NCBI GenBank assembly: GCA_965216675.1
Contig: CBDCGK010000004.1
Location: forward strand, 455,692 to 519,691
Direction: 5' to 3'
DNA from: Acidimicrobiales bacterium
GTDB taxonomy: Bacteria > Actinomycetota > Acidimicrobiia > Acidimicrobiales > SZUA-35
DNA: 64,000 nucleotides
The notes under the pieces were generated by a model that did not search any database, was not told where the DNA came from, and saw only the letters and a program-made list of their open reading frames with translations. A program made the position numbers and the translations under genes. Of this stretch, positions 1 to 7,598 are shown piece after piece (position 1 is the first letter of the stretch; each line of letters begins with the position of its first letter).

Positions 1-1122
1 TGGCGGGCCCAGTACTACGAGCCGCAGGAACACATTGCGGTCGTCACCCCGGAATCGGGATGGGTCGACGAGACACCCGAGGAGAAGGAACAACGCAAAG
101 AGCGGTTCTTCGCCGATTGCGCGGCGGTCCTGGCCGACGGTCGGCCCTTCGGCATTGCGCCCGAGGGCAACATCACCGAGGAGGAGAGCACCACCGAGCA
201 GTCGCCGGCTCATTTCAAACCCGGTGCCTTCATCATGAGCCAGCGCCTCCCGAGCAAACCCAAACTCGTTCCGGTGGCGTTCGCCAACCTCGACAAGCCG
301 GCCCATCGGGCCGTCTTCAGCTGCGTGATCAAACCGGCGTTCTCCATGGACGATCGGGGCATCGACGTCGACGACCGAGAGGCCATGTCCCGGTTCCTCG
401 ACGAGTACCGCCGTGAGTTCCGAGGCTACGTCGAGGAGGCGGTGGATCTCGCCAGGCACGCGGTTGGGTCGGGCGCCGACTTGAACAGCCTGGTGACCAA
501 CCTCGGAACCGTCAGCGTCGTCAACGAGGAATTCGAGCACGAGGTTCGTGAGATGGAGATCCGGCAGACTCCGCTCCGCCACGGACCGAACCCCACCGTC
601 TTCTTCGGCTCCTCCACCTTCCGGCTCTGGAACGACGGACTCGGCCCAGCCGTCGGACTGCCCGACGCCGTCAACCTGGGCTTCGGCGGCGCCACCATGG
701 AGGCCGGACGGCACTACTTCGAGCGGATGGTGCTCCCCTACCGGCCTTCGAGGTTGATCGTGTACTTCGGTGAAAACGACCTGGCCGCGGGACATCCGAT
801 CGGAGACGTCGTCGACCGCTTCCGGGAGTTGGCCGAAGCCGTCGATCTGACACTCCCAGAAGCAGAATGCTGGTTCGTCTCCAACAAGCCGAGCCCGGCC
901 CGCCGCGACCGACAAGGCGACATAATACGTGTCAACCAGGAGATCCGGGCCGAGATCGACGGGCTGAAGCAGTGGCGGTTCATCGACTGGTTCGGCCACA
1001 TGGTCGACGACGACGGCGAGCCACGCGCCGAACTCTACGGTCCCGATCAGCTTCACCTCAACGCCGACGGCTACGACGTGCTCGCCGGCCTGTTGCGCCG
1101 GAAACTCGGCGTGGGCGGCTGA
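1..1122 (+). CDS. 5'-truncated CDS: C-terminal part of a PlsC-type lysophospholipid acyltransferase domain fused to an SGNH/GDSL-type hydrolase domain
   Basis: Frame 1 is open from base 1 and runs in frame into the 235..1122 ORF. FGIAPEGN...FKPGAF...VPVAF resembles acyltransferase blocks III/IV. Downstream FFGSSTFRLW, GFGGATMEAG, YFGENDL and DQLHLNADGY resemble SGNH blocks I, II, III and V. Confidence 0.6.
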   Translation, partial: WRAQYYEPQEHIAVVTPESGWVDETPEEKEQRKERFFADCAAVLADGRPFGIAPEGNITEEESTTEQSPAHFKPGAFIMSQRLPSKPKLVPVAFANLDKPAHRAVFSCVIKPAFSMDDRGIDVDDREAMSRFLDEYRREFRGYVEEAVDLARHAVGSGADLNSLVTNLGTVSVVNEEFEHEVREMEIRQTPLRHGPNPTVFFGSSTFRLWNDGLGPAVGLPDAVNLGFGGATMEAGRHYFERMVLPYRPSRLIVYFGENDLAAGHPIGDVVDRFRELAEAVDLTLPEAECWFVSNKPSPARRDRQGDIIRVNQEIRAEIDGLKQWRFIDWFGHMVDDDGEPRAELYGPDQLHLNADGYDVLAGLLRRKLGVGG

Positions 1123-1181
1123 AGAGGCCAAGGGCGCTGACGCGCGCAGGCCGGAAAGCGAAAGCCGGCTGAGCTCATCGA

Positions 1182-2078
1182 TCAGGAGGAGCGGTCCGAT
1201 GCTAGATCGCCGCCGATCGGCAGACCGAGGCGTGCCCAGTCGGCGAGATCGAGCAGGGGCTGTTCGTCCCAGCGGTGGCCGTGCTGGCGCCGCAGTTCGG
1301 CGGGGATCTCAGCCGCCGATCGATAGCATCCGAGCGCCTCCTCGATGACGCCCCGGTGTTCGGCCGGCACGTGTCCGAGAGCCCACAGCGCCCCTTCCTC
1401 CTTGGTCGGCGGCACACCGGGATCGTCGAGGAGAACAAGCGCGCTCCGGCAGATGTTCAACACTCCATAGAACGGCGATTCCACGATCCCACCGTCGAGA
1501 ATCCATCGAAGGTCGTCGAGAACGGCGTCCAGGTAGGCCCATCGAGGGACTTCGCCGATCACCTCGGAAGGAGCCGGCCCGGCGAGAGCAACACCGCGCG
1601 ACCGGGTCACGGTGCAGTGGGCGGCAAGATCAGGATCTGTCCCCCGAGGGCCGCTGCCACCGCCACGAACGTCATCGGCCCAGTTCTCGCCGAAGTGGAA
1701 CTCGTAGGGCGCCGGATGCCGGAACGGCTCGAGTGTGTGACGCGCCATCACCGACAGCTCGAGTCCGCCGACGATCGGACGCCGGTCGAACAGGCTGAGC
1801 ATGTCGGCGGCCAACGATGATCGGACCTCGTCACCCATTGCGGACTCGACCACGACCAGGAGATCGACATCGCTCTTGGGCCGACGGAATCCACCCATCG
1901 CCAACGAGCCGTGCAGATACACACCAACCACATCATCGAGCCGGAGCAAGCGCTCGACGACAAGATCGACCCAGTCCCCGATGTCGTCATCGACATCGTG
2001 CCACCGCTGCGAGCGACCAGCGGTGTGATCAACCGACTCGCGAGATGGAAGGTGCACACCGCATTGTCGCACACGCAA
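1182..2078 (-). CDS. AadA/ANT(3'')-like nucleotidyltransferase (nucleotidyltransferase domain plus DUF4111-like helical domain)
   Basis: IGDWVDLVVERLL...VGVYLHGSLAMGGFRRPKSDVDLLVVV follows the AadA N-terminal pattern (hLYGSxxxGGxxxxSDhDLLV). The C-terminal half is helical, as in aminoglycoside adenylyltransferases. The first ~25 codons of the ORF look non-coding, so the true start is probably downstream of 2078. Confidence 0.7.
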   Translation of the reverse strand: MRVRQCGVHLPSRESVDHTAGRSQRWHDVDDDIGDWVDLVVERLLRLDDVVGVYLHGSLAMGGFRRPKSDVDLLVVVESAMGDEVRSSLAADMLSLFDRRPIVGGLELSVMARHTLEPFRHPAPYEFHFGENWADDVRGGGSGPRGTDPDLAAHCTVTRSRGVALAGPAPSEVIGEVPRWAYLDAVLDDLRWILDGGIVESPFYGVLNICRSALVLLDDPGVPPTKEEGALWALGHVPAEHRGVIEEALGCYRSAAEIPAELRRQHGHRWDEQPLLDLADWARLGLPIGGDLASDRSS

Positions 2079-2105
2079 AATCGTTTGCCCGAGGGCCGCT
2101 CGGCT

Positions 2106-3002
2106 TCAGGCGGCGTAGCTGGCGTCGAGTTCGGACCACCACCGACGGGCCGGTTCGATGAGCCCGGCCCGAACCTCGGCGAACCGCCGGGCGGCGACCG
2201 GACCGGGCCAACCAGCCGGGAGAAGCTCGTGCGGCAGGTCGGGATCGAGAAACGGGAAACGGCGCCAGTGGTGGACGAGCGCGGCCAGCCTGGTCGCCGC
2301 GTCGGACGGATCAACTGGTGGGACGTCACCGGATGTCGGATCGTGGTCGGCGAGGAACTCGCGATATCGGCCGGCAAGATCGTCCAGATCCCACGCCTCG
2401 GCCACCAGATCGGCCCCCGATCCGAGTGAACCGAGCTCGGCCCGAAACGAGCTGGCACGAACACCGAGGCGGCTCAGGAGATCGGCGACCGCCGGTTCGT
2501 TGTCGACCCACGGGCTGATCCACAACCCCTGCCCCAGCGACCCCATGCCGACCCAGTTCAACTCGAGGCCCATTCGATAGCGAATCTTGCGATCACGTTC
2601 GGGCACACTCGCCAGCACGACGAGCCAACGTTGTTCCCATGGGCGCGGGCTGGCACCGAAGCCGTAGATCCGTTCCGCGCCCTCGACGAGAAGGTCGGCG
2701 AAGGTCGTGGTCACCGACCATCTCGTGCGCCGACCGATCCGGTCACGTTCGAGCCATCCTCGCTTCTCCATCCGAGCCAGGGCTTGGCGGGTCGCCTTGC
2801 TCTGGACTCCGAGTCGTTCCATCGACGTGATCAGGGTCTGAGTCCACACCGAACCGCCGGCCGGAAGCACGAACTCGCCCATCACGGTGACCAACAGGCC
2901 GCGGCTCGAGTCGGCGGTGGCGCTGCCGTCGCGGTTGGCCCCGAGAACCGGGGCCAAAGCCGCCGGAGTCGAATTTACTACAGATTGCTGGCGACCTGCC
3001 AT
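2106..3002 (-). CDS. paaX: PaaX-family transcriptional regulator
   Basis: LLVTVMGEFVLPAGGSVWTQTLITSMERLGVQSKATRQALARMEKRGWLERDRIGRRTRW is the typical PaaX N-terminal winged helix. A PaaX_C-like C-terminal half follows (WDLDDLAGRYREFL...). Confidence 0.8.
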   Translation of the reverse strand: MAGRQQSVVNSTPAALAPVLGANRDGSATADSSRGLLVTVMGEFVLPAGGSVWTQTLITSMERLGVQSKATRQALARMEKRGWLERDRIGRRTRWSVTTTFADLLVEGAERIYGFGASPRPWEQRWLVVLASVPERDRKIRYRMGLELNWVGMGSLGQGLWISPWVDNEPAVADLLSRLGVRASSFRAELGSLGSGADLVAEAWDLDDLAGRYREFLADHDPTSGDVPPVDPSDAATRLAALVHHWRRFPFLDPDLPHELLPAGWPGPVAARRFAEVRAGLIEPARRWWSELDASYAA

Positions 3003-3049
3003 TGATTCATCGTACTACAGCGCCAACTCGGTCATGCGAACGACAACGG

Positions 3050-3079
3050 TTGACAGGTGACCATATGGTCACGTAATCT
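3050..3079 (+). promoter_or_regulatory. Sigma-70-type promoter of the arsR-like gene: -35 TTGACA (3050-3055), 18-bp spacer, -10 TAATCT (3074-3079)
   Basis: Exact TTGACA and a TAnnnT hexamer at canonical spacing. The predicted transcription start is about 7 nt downstream, at or next to ATG 3087, so the mRNA may be leaderless or nearly so. Confidence 0.55.
3057..3072. promoter_or_regulatory. Perfect 16-bp palindromic operator GTGACCATATGGTCAC inside the promoter spacer
   Basis: Read directly from the sequence. It lies between the -35 and -10 hexamers, immediately upstream of an ArsR/SmtB-type repressor gene, which is the classical autoregulation layout. Confidence 0.6.
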
Positions 3080-3086
3080 GAAAGGG

Positions 3087-3452
3087 ATGGGAATCGACGG
3101 CGAGCGAACCGATGTCTTTCGAGCCATCGCCGATCCGGGACGACGCGCCCTGATGGACGCGCTGTTCGACCAGGACGGGCAGACGGTCAGCGAACTTTGC
3201 GCGGTTCTGCCCGACATGACCAGATTCGGGGTGATGAAACACCTCAAGATCCTCGCCGAGGCCAACCTCGTCGTCACCGAGAAGGTCGGACGGTCGAGGT
3301 ACCACTACTTGAATCCCGTTCCCATCCAGGAGATCCACGATCGCTGGATCGCCAAATACGCCCGGCCGACAACCGAGACACTCACCGAGCTGTCGCGCCG
3401 GCTTGCCCAACCCGACGGACCGAGACCAACACGAGATCAGGACCCAACATGA
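3087..3452 (+). CDS. ArsR/SmtB-family transcriptional regulator
   Basis: DVFRAIADPGRRALMDALF...TVSELCAVLPDMTRFGVMKHLKILAEANLVVTEKVGRSRYHYLN is an ArsR-type wHTH. I prefer ATG 3087 over ATG 3057, because 3057 lies inside the operator palindrome and upstream of the -10 hexamer. The stop overlaps the next start (ATGA). Confidence 0.85.
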   Translation: MGIDGERTDVFRAIADPGRRALMDALFDQDGQTVSELCAVLPDMTRFGVMKHLKILAEANLVVTEKVGRSRYHYLNPVPIQEIHDRWIAKYARPTTETLTELSRRLAQPDGPRPTRDQDPT

Positions 3453-4423
3453 CCACACCCCAACACCTCTATCAGATCTACATCAAGGCCGACCCCGATC
3501 GGGTGTGGCAGGCCATCACCGATCCCGCCTTCACCAGCCGGTACTTCCACCGCACGGCAATCGAGTCGACGTTCGAGGCCGGCGCCGGCTACCGCTACGT
3601 GCTCCCCGACGGCGACACCGCGGCCGAGGGAACCGTCGAGGTGGTCGAGCCCGGGCGGCGACTCGTCTTGACCTGGCAGGCTCTCTACGACGCGGACCTG
3701 GCGGCCGAGCCGGCGAGCAGGGTCGAGTGGACGGTGGCGCCGGCCAACGACGACGCCACCGTGACCCGGGTGCAGGTTCGACACTACGATCTCGGCCTGA
3801 GCCCCAAGACCTGGGCCAACGTGGCCGATGGTTGGCGGGCCATCCTCGACGGCATGAAGACGCTCCTCGAAACCGAGACCGTTCTGGGCGACGTGTCGGT
3901 GCCCGAACCGAAGCCGGCCGACGATGTCGAGCGCGACTGGCACCGGGCCCTCGCCGTCGAGGCCAACAACTCGACGTGGGAGCTGCTCGGCCCGGCGGCG
4001 ATGAACGACACGCCGACCCTCGCACCCGAGGAGGCCTTCGACCTGTTGGGCCGGGCCTACGCCGCAGCCCACCACTGGCGGGCGGCCGCCGGGCCGGCAT
4101 CGATCAACGCCGCCCGAGCCGCCTGGCTCTGCTCCCGGTGCCACGCCACCGTCGGCGACGGTGACGCGGCCCTGCGGATGGCCGGGCTCTGTGCAAGCCT
4201 CACCGACTCGGCCGACGGCGCCGCCGACTTCGATCACTTCTACGCCGCCGAATCCAAGGCCCGGGCTCTGGCCTGCCTGGGGCGAACCGATGAGGCGACG
4301 ACGGCCCACCGGACGGCGGAGGAGCTGCTCGCCGGCCTGGCCGACCCCGAGGACCACAAGATCGCCGCCGGCGACCTCGAAGCCGGCCCATGGTTCGGCC
4401 TCGCAAACCACCACGACTCGTAG
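3449..4423 (+). CDS. SRPBCC (Aha1/START-like) domain protein with a ~170-aa helical C-terminal extension
   Basis: MTTPQHLYQIYIKADPDRVWQAITDPAFTSRYF...RLVLTWQ is typical of Aha1-like SRPBCC proteins that pair with ArsR regulators. ATGA translational coupling with arsR. The C-terminal half (WHRALAVEANNSTWELL...) is a separate helical domain. Confidence 0.75.
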   Translation: MTTPQHLYQIYIKADPDRVWQAITDPAFTSRYFHRTAIESTFEAGAGYRYVLPDGDTAAEGTVEVVEPGRRLVLTWQALYDADLAAEPASRVEWTVAPANDDATVTRVQVRHYDLGLSPKTWANVADGWRAILDGMKTLLETETVLGDVSVPEPKPADDVERDWHRALAVEANNSTWELLGPAAMNDTPTLAPEEAFDLLGRAYAAAHHWRAAAGPASINAARAAWLCSRCHATVGDGDAALRMAGLCASLTDSADGAADFDHFYAAESKARALACLGRTDEATTAHRTAEELLAGLADPEDHKIAAGDLEAGPWFGLANHHDS

Positions 4424-4459
4424 CAAAACACAAGGCCAGGCCTCGTGTTTTGCTACGAG
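4417..4459. terminator. 43-nt near-perfect palindrome (21-bp arms, one mismatch) between convergent genes: a putative bidirectional terminator and REP-like element, copy A
   Basis: CTCGTAGCAAAACACAAGGCC-A-GGCCTCGTGTTTTGCTACGAG. The TAG inside the left arm (4421-4423) is the stop codon of the SRPBCC gene. A related copy lies at 25488..25530. Confidence 0.5.
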
Positions 4460-4464
4460 AGATT

Positions 4465-5283
4465 TCAGGCCTCGGAACTGATCGTGACCGAGACGTCACC
4501 GAGACCGGCGAAGCGGGCGGTCAGGCGACGATCGAGCGGAGCCGGCGGGGCGCCCGAACAGCTACCGGTGATGACCCAGGTTCCAGCGCGAATGCTGCGG
4601 CCGCGGTCGGCCAGATGTCCGAGGGCCCAGTGGAAGGACCGCCACGGGTCGCCGAGCACGTTGGCGCCGAGCCCTTCCGCCAGCAACTCGTCGTCACCTC
4701 CATCGCCGGCGGCCAGCAGACGAACCGCCGTCTCGGCCAGTCGGCCGGGCGAGAACCCGTCGTCCAACGCCACCGGCGCCCCGAGCACTGCGGCGGTGGC
4801 CATCGAGTTGTCGGCCACGACGCTGGGACCGTCGATACCGAGCTGGCTGTCGTAGCGGCCGTCGACCAGCTCCAATGCCGGGGCGACGGCATCGACAACG
4901 GCGACCGCCTCGGCCAGCGTTTCGAACTGTCGACCCGAATCGATGTCGCTCCCCAGCCTCATCGCGAACTCGCATTCGATCAACGGCGGGTGATGGAACG
5001 CTCCGACCGGAACGACTGCGCCCGACCGGTGCACCGCATCGACCGGAAGGCATCCGCCGATCGGTTCATCGATGTCCATGATTCGTTGCGTCTCGACGGT
5101 CGTGCATCCGATCTTGACCAAACCGATGGCGCGGCCGTCGAGATCGATGAGCCGATCCTGAATGGCGTAGCCGTCGGCGAACACCCGTGGCCTCAGCTCG
5201 TCGGGTAGCTCGGTGATGGTTCGGCCGGTCCGTCGGGCGTCGAGCAGCAACGACGCGGCCTCGGCCACCGGGTCGGTGTTCAT
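4465..5283 (-). CDS. 2-keto-4-pentenoate hydratase / 4-oxalocrotonate decarboxylase family protein (FAH-fold, MhpD-like), paralogue 1
   Basis: AIGLVKIGCTTVETQRIMDIDEPIGGCL, PLIECEFAMRLG and VADNSMATAAVLG follow the MhpD/XylJ/XylI family pattern. 4-bp overlap with the upstream paralogue. Confidence 0.75.
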   Translation of the reverse strand: MNTDPVAEAASLLLDARRTGRTITELPDELRPRVFADGYAIQDRLIDLDGRAIGLVKIGCTTVETQRIMDIDEPIGGCLPVDAVHRSGAVVPVGAFHHPPLIECEFAMRLGSDIDSGRQFETLAEAVAVVDAVAPALELVDGRYDSQLGIDGPSVVADNSMATAAVLGAPVALDDGFSPGRLAETAVRLLAAGDGGDDELLAEGLGANVLGDPWRSFHWALGHLADRGRSIRAGTWVITGSCSGAPPAPLDRRLTARFAGLGDVSVTISSEA

Positions 5284-6050
5284 CCCCCACTCACCTCGAA
5301 GCCGACATCATCGAGTGCCACAGACCGCAGATGGTAGTGATCGCCGGCCACGAGATCGAACGGTTTGGCCAGTCCACCGGTGAAGACGATGTCCCCGGCG
5401 TCGAGGCCCAGACCTTCCGACGACAATGATCGGACCAGCCAGGCGACCGCCTCGGCCGGCGACCCCATCGCTGCGTGCCCCCTCCCCGTCCGGGTTTCGT
5501 TCCGGTTGCCGAATTCGATCTCGATGGTGGCCGGATCGCCGTCGAACGACTGGAAGGGACCGATGACGACGGCCTGCGACGACGAATTGTCGGCCGTGTT
5601 GTCGAGCCAGGTGAACCCGAAGTCCACAAATCGTGGGTGCACGATCTCATGTCCGAGGGCCCACCCGTCGGCCGCGTCCAGCACCGCCGTGCGATCCACA
5701 TCGGGTCCCGACAGTTCCCCGCCCGCCCGGTACACCAGCTCGGGTTCGACTTTGGGATGGCGGAGATCGGAGATGTCGATCTTCCGTTCCACGAGCTGGC
5801 GGTCCCATAAGGTGCCCCAGTTTGGTTCGTCGATCCCGAGCGCCTCCCGCATGACCACCGAGGTCCAGCCCAGCTTGTAGCCGATCTGACGGTGACCAGC
5901 CGCGCGGCGAAGCTCGTCGACGGTTCGAGCCACCCGCCTGGCCCCGGTCCACGAGAGATCCGGAAAGCGTTTCGACGGCAGATCGACGAACCCGCCGGAG
6001 CGCTCCGCCAGCCACAGCTCCGTCGCCAGGTCGTCGAGCGTCTCAGCCAT
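5280..6050 (-). CDS. 2-keto-4-pentenoate hydratase / 4-oxalocrotonate decarboxylase family protein, paralogue 2
   Basis: Start set at MAETLDDL (ATG 6050); the ORF upstream of it is Ser/Pro/Arg-rich junk. QIGYKLGWTSVVMREALGIDEPNWGTLW, KVEPELVY and DNTADNSSSQAVVIG are family motifs. 8-bp overlap with the HAD gene. Confidence 0.75.
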   Translation of the reverse strand: MAETLDDLATELWLAERSGGFVDLPSKRFPDLSWTGARRVARTVDELRRAAGHRQIGYKLGWTSVVMREALGIDEPNWGTLWDRQLVERKIDISDLRHPKVEPELVYRAGGELSGPDVDRTAVLDAADGWALGHEIVHPRFVDFGFTWLDNTADNSSSQAVVIGPFQSFDGDPATIEIEFGNRNETRTGRGHAAMGSPAEAVAWLVRSLSSEGLGLDAGDIVFTGGLAKPFDLVAGDHYHLRSVALDDVGFEVSGG

Positions 6051-6735
6051 CGGTATCGAGCCCGGCGACAAGATCGAGATGAAGACCCAGATGGTCGGCG
6101 ACGTCCTGCCATGACCGGGTGGCTCGAGCCACGTCGAACCAGTACACCTGCATGCCGAAGGCCTCCGCTCCGGTGATGTTGAGCGGCTGATCGTCGACGA
6201 AGAGCATCCGTTCCGGGTTGACGCCGACGATGTCGACGACTCGCTCATAGGCCCGCCGGTCGGGTTTGAGAATGTTCGTGTCGGAGCAGTCGGCAAGGTT
6301 GTCGAGCAGGTCGAAGAATGCGATCCTCTTGTGCCACTCCGGTCCGTGGAACGCCCGCAGATCGTTGGTCAGCGCCGACACGCCGTAGCCGGCCGCCAGC
6401 GCCGCCTTGGCCACGATGCCGGCCTCGGGCCGGATCAGTTCATCCGACGGCGGCGAGTAGATGATCGTCATGTAGTCGCGCAACGACAGCTCCCGACCGG
6501 CCATCTCGCCGATCTCGGCCGAGCGTCGGCGCCAGTAATCGCGTTCGGTGAGTCCGTCGCCGACAATCATGCGTTGCCACAGCTCGTCGGTGTCGGGGTC
6601 CAGCGGTCCCATCCAGTCGAGCGTCCCCGGTTCGAAGTCGAGTGCGGCCTCAGCTCGATGATGGAGCTCGACCGGGCTCAACACGCACACCCCGCCCAGA
6701 TCAAGGAGCAGCACGTCGATGTCGGGGCGGGTCAC
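6043..6735 (-). CDS. HAD-superfamily hydrolase
   Basis: N-terminal DVLLLDLGGV (DxDxT-like motif I), SALTND (motif II) and KPDRRAYE...MLFVDDQPLN (motifs III/IV). Confidence 0.75.
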   Translation of the reverse strand: MTRPDIDVLLLDLGGVCVLSPVELHHRAEAALDFEPGTLDWMGPLDPDTDELWQRMIVGDGLTERDYWRRRSAEIGEMAGRELSLRDYMTIIYSPPSDELIRPEAGIVAKAALAAGYGVSALTNDLRAFHGPEWHKRIAFFDLLDNLADCSDTNILKPDRRAYERVVDIVGVNPERMLFVDDQPLNITGAEAFGMQVYWFDVARATRSWQDVADHLGLHLDLVAGLDTDG

Positions 6736-7514
6736 GAGTCGCGCCCCGCCCGGTAGCCGAGCCGGTGTGAGATCAGTCCAGCGGCCCGCTGGACCGCCTG
6801 GGCGATCTGGCTGCGAAGCGGATCCATGCGCTCGGCCGGTCCGGCCACGCTGATGGCGGCGATGATCGCGCCACCGGTGTCTCGTATCGGCGCCCCGATC
6901 GATACGACGCCGACCTCGGACTCGTGCCGGTTCTCCGCGTAGCCCTGCGCCCGGATCTTGTCGAGTTCCTGGCGGAACTTGCGGGGTGATGTGATGGTGT
7001 AGGCGGTTCGTTTGGTCATGCTCAGCTCCGCGAGGACACGGTCTCGACGTTCGGCCGGAAGATGGGCCACCAGCGCCTTGCCCGTCGCCGTGCAGTGCGC
7101 CTCGTTGCGCCGGCCCACGTCGGTGAACAGCCGCAGCGTATTGGGGCTGTCCAGTCGCTCGATGTAGACGACGTGGATGCCGTCGAGCACGCCGACCTGC
7201 ACAGTCTCGCCGGTCCGATTGCGAAGCTCGGTCATGGGCAGCAGGACCGCCTCATGGAGGTCCCGTTGCGAGGGCACGGCGGCGACGAGGTCATACATCG
7301 CCAGGCCGAGCCGGTAGCGACCGGACTCGGGATCCTGCTCCAGCATGCCCTCGTCGGTGAGGGTGGCCAGGATGCGGTGCACCGAGGACTTCGAGATGCC
7401 CAGTTCGCGCGACAGCTCGCTCACGCCCCAGGTCGTTCTGGTTGCGGTGAACGACTTGATCAGACGGACGGCGTTGGTGACCGAGGTGAGCCGGTTCCCG
7501 GACATGGGCGCCAA
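6732..7514 (-). CDS. IclR-family transcriptional regulator
   Basis: VSELSRELGISKSSVHRILATLTDEGMLEQDPESGRYRLG (IclR HTH), plus a C-terminal effector domain (VSIGAPIRDTGGAIIAAISVAGP). Divergent from the dioxygenase genes. Confidence 0.85.
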   Translation of the reverse strand: MAPMSGNRLTSVTNAVRLIKSFTATRTTWGVSELSRELGISKSSVHRILATLTDEGMLEQDPESGRYRLGLAMYDLVAAVPSQRDLHEAVLLPMTELRNRTGETVQVGVLDGIHVVYIERLDSPNTLRLFTDVGRRNEAHCTATGKALVAHLPAERRDRVLAELSMTKRTAYTITSPRKFRQELDKIRAQGYAENRHESEVGVVSIGAPIRDTGGAIIAAISVAGPAERMDPLRSQIAQAVQRAAGLISHRLGYRAGRDS

Positions 7515-7541
7515 CTCTAGTCAACGGCGACAGCGTTGTCG

Positions 7542-7576
7542 TTCCTGCATGCGGAATAGTTTCCCACCTGATGGAA
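7542..7576. promoter_or_regulatory. Array of four alternating TTCC / GGAA half-sites in the iclR / dioxygenase divergent spacer (candidate operator)
   Basis: gTTCCtgcatgcGGAAtagtTTCCcacctgatGGAAc, read directly. Spacings are 7, 4 and 8 nt, within an 84-bp divergent intergenic region. Confidence 0.3.
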
Positions 7577-7598
7577 CACTTGATGTAGCGTCCGTCAC

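Noticed and set aside
3057-3086. ATG 3057 as the start of the ArsR gene (the start given by the ORF track)
   Set aside because: It lies inside the 16-bp operator palindrome and upstream of the -10 hexamer of the only evident promoter. ATG 3087 is in frame and compatible with the promoter.
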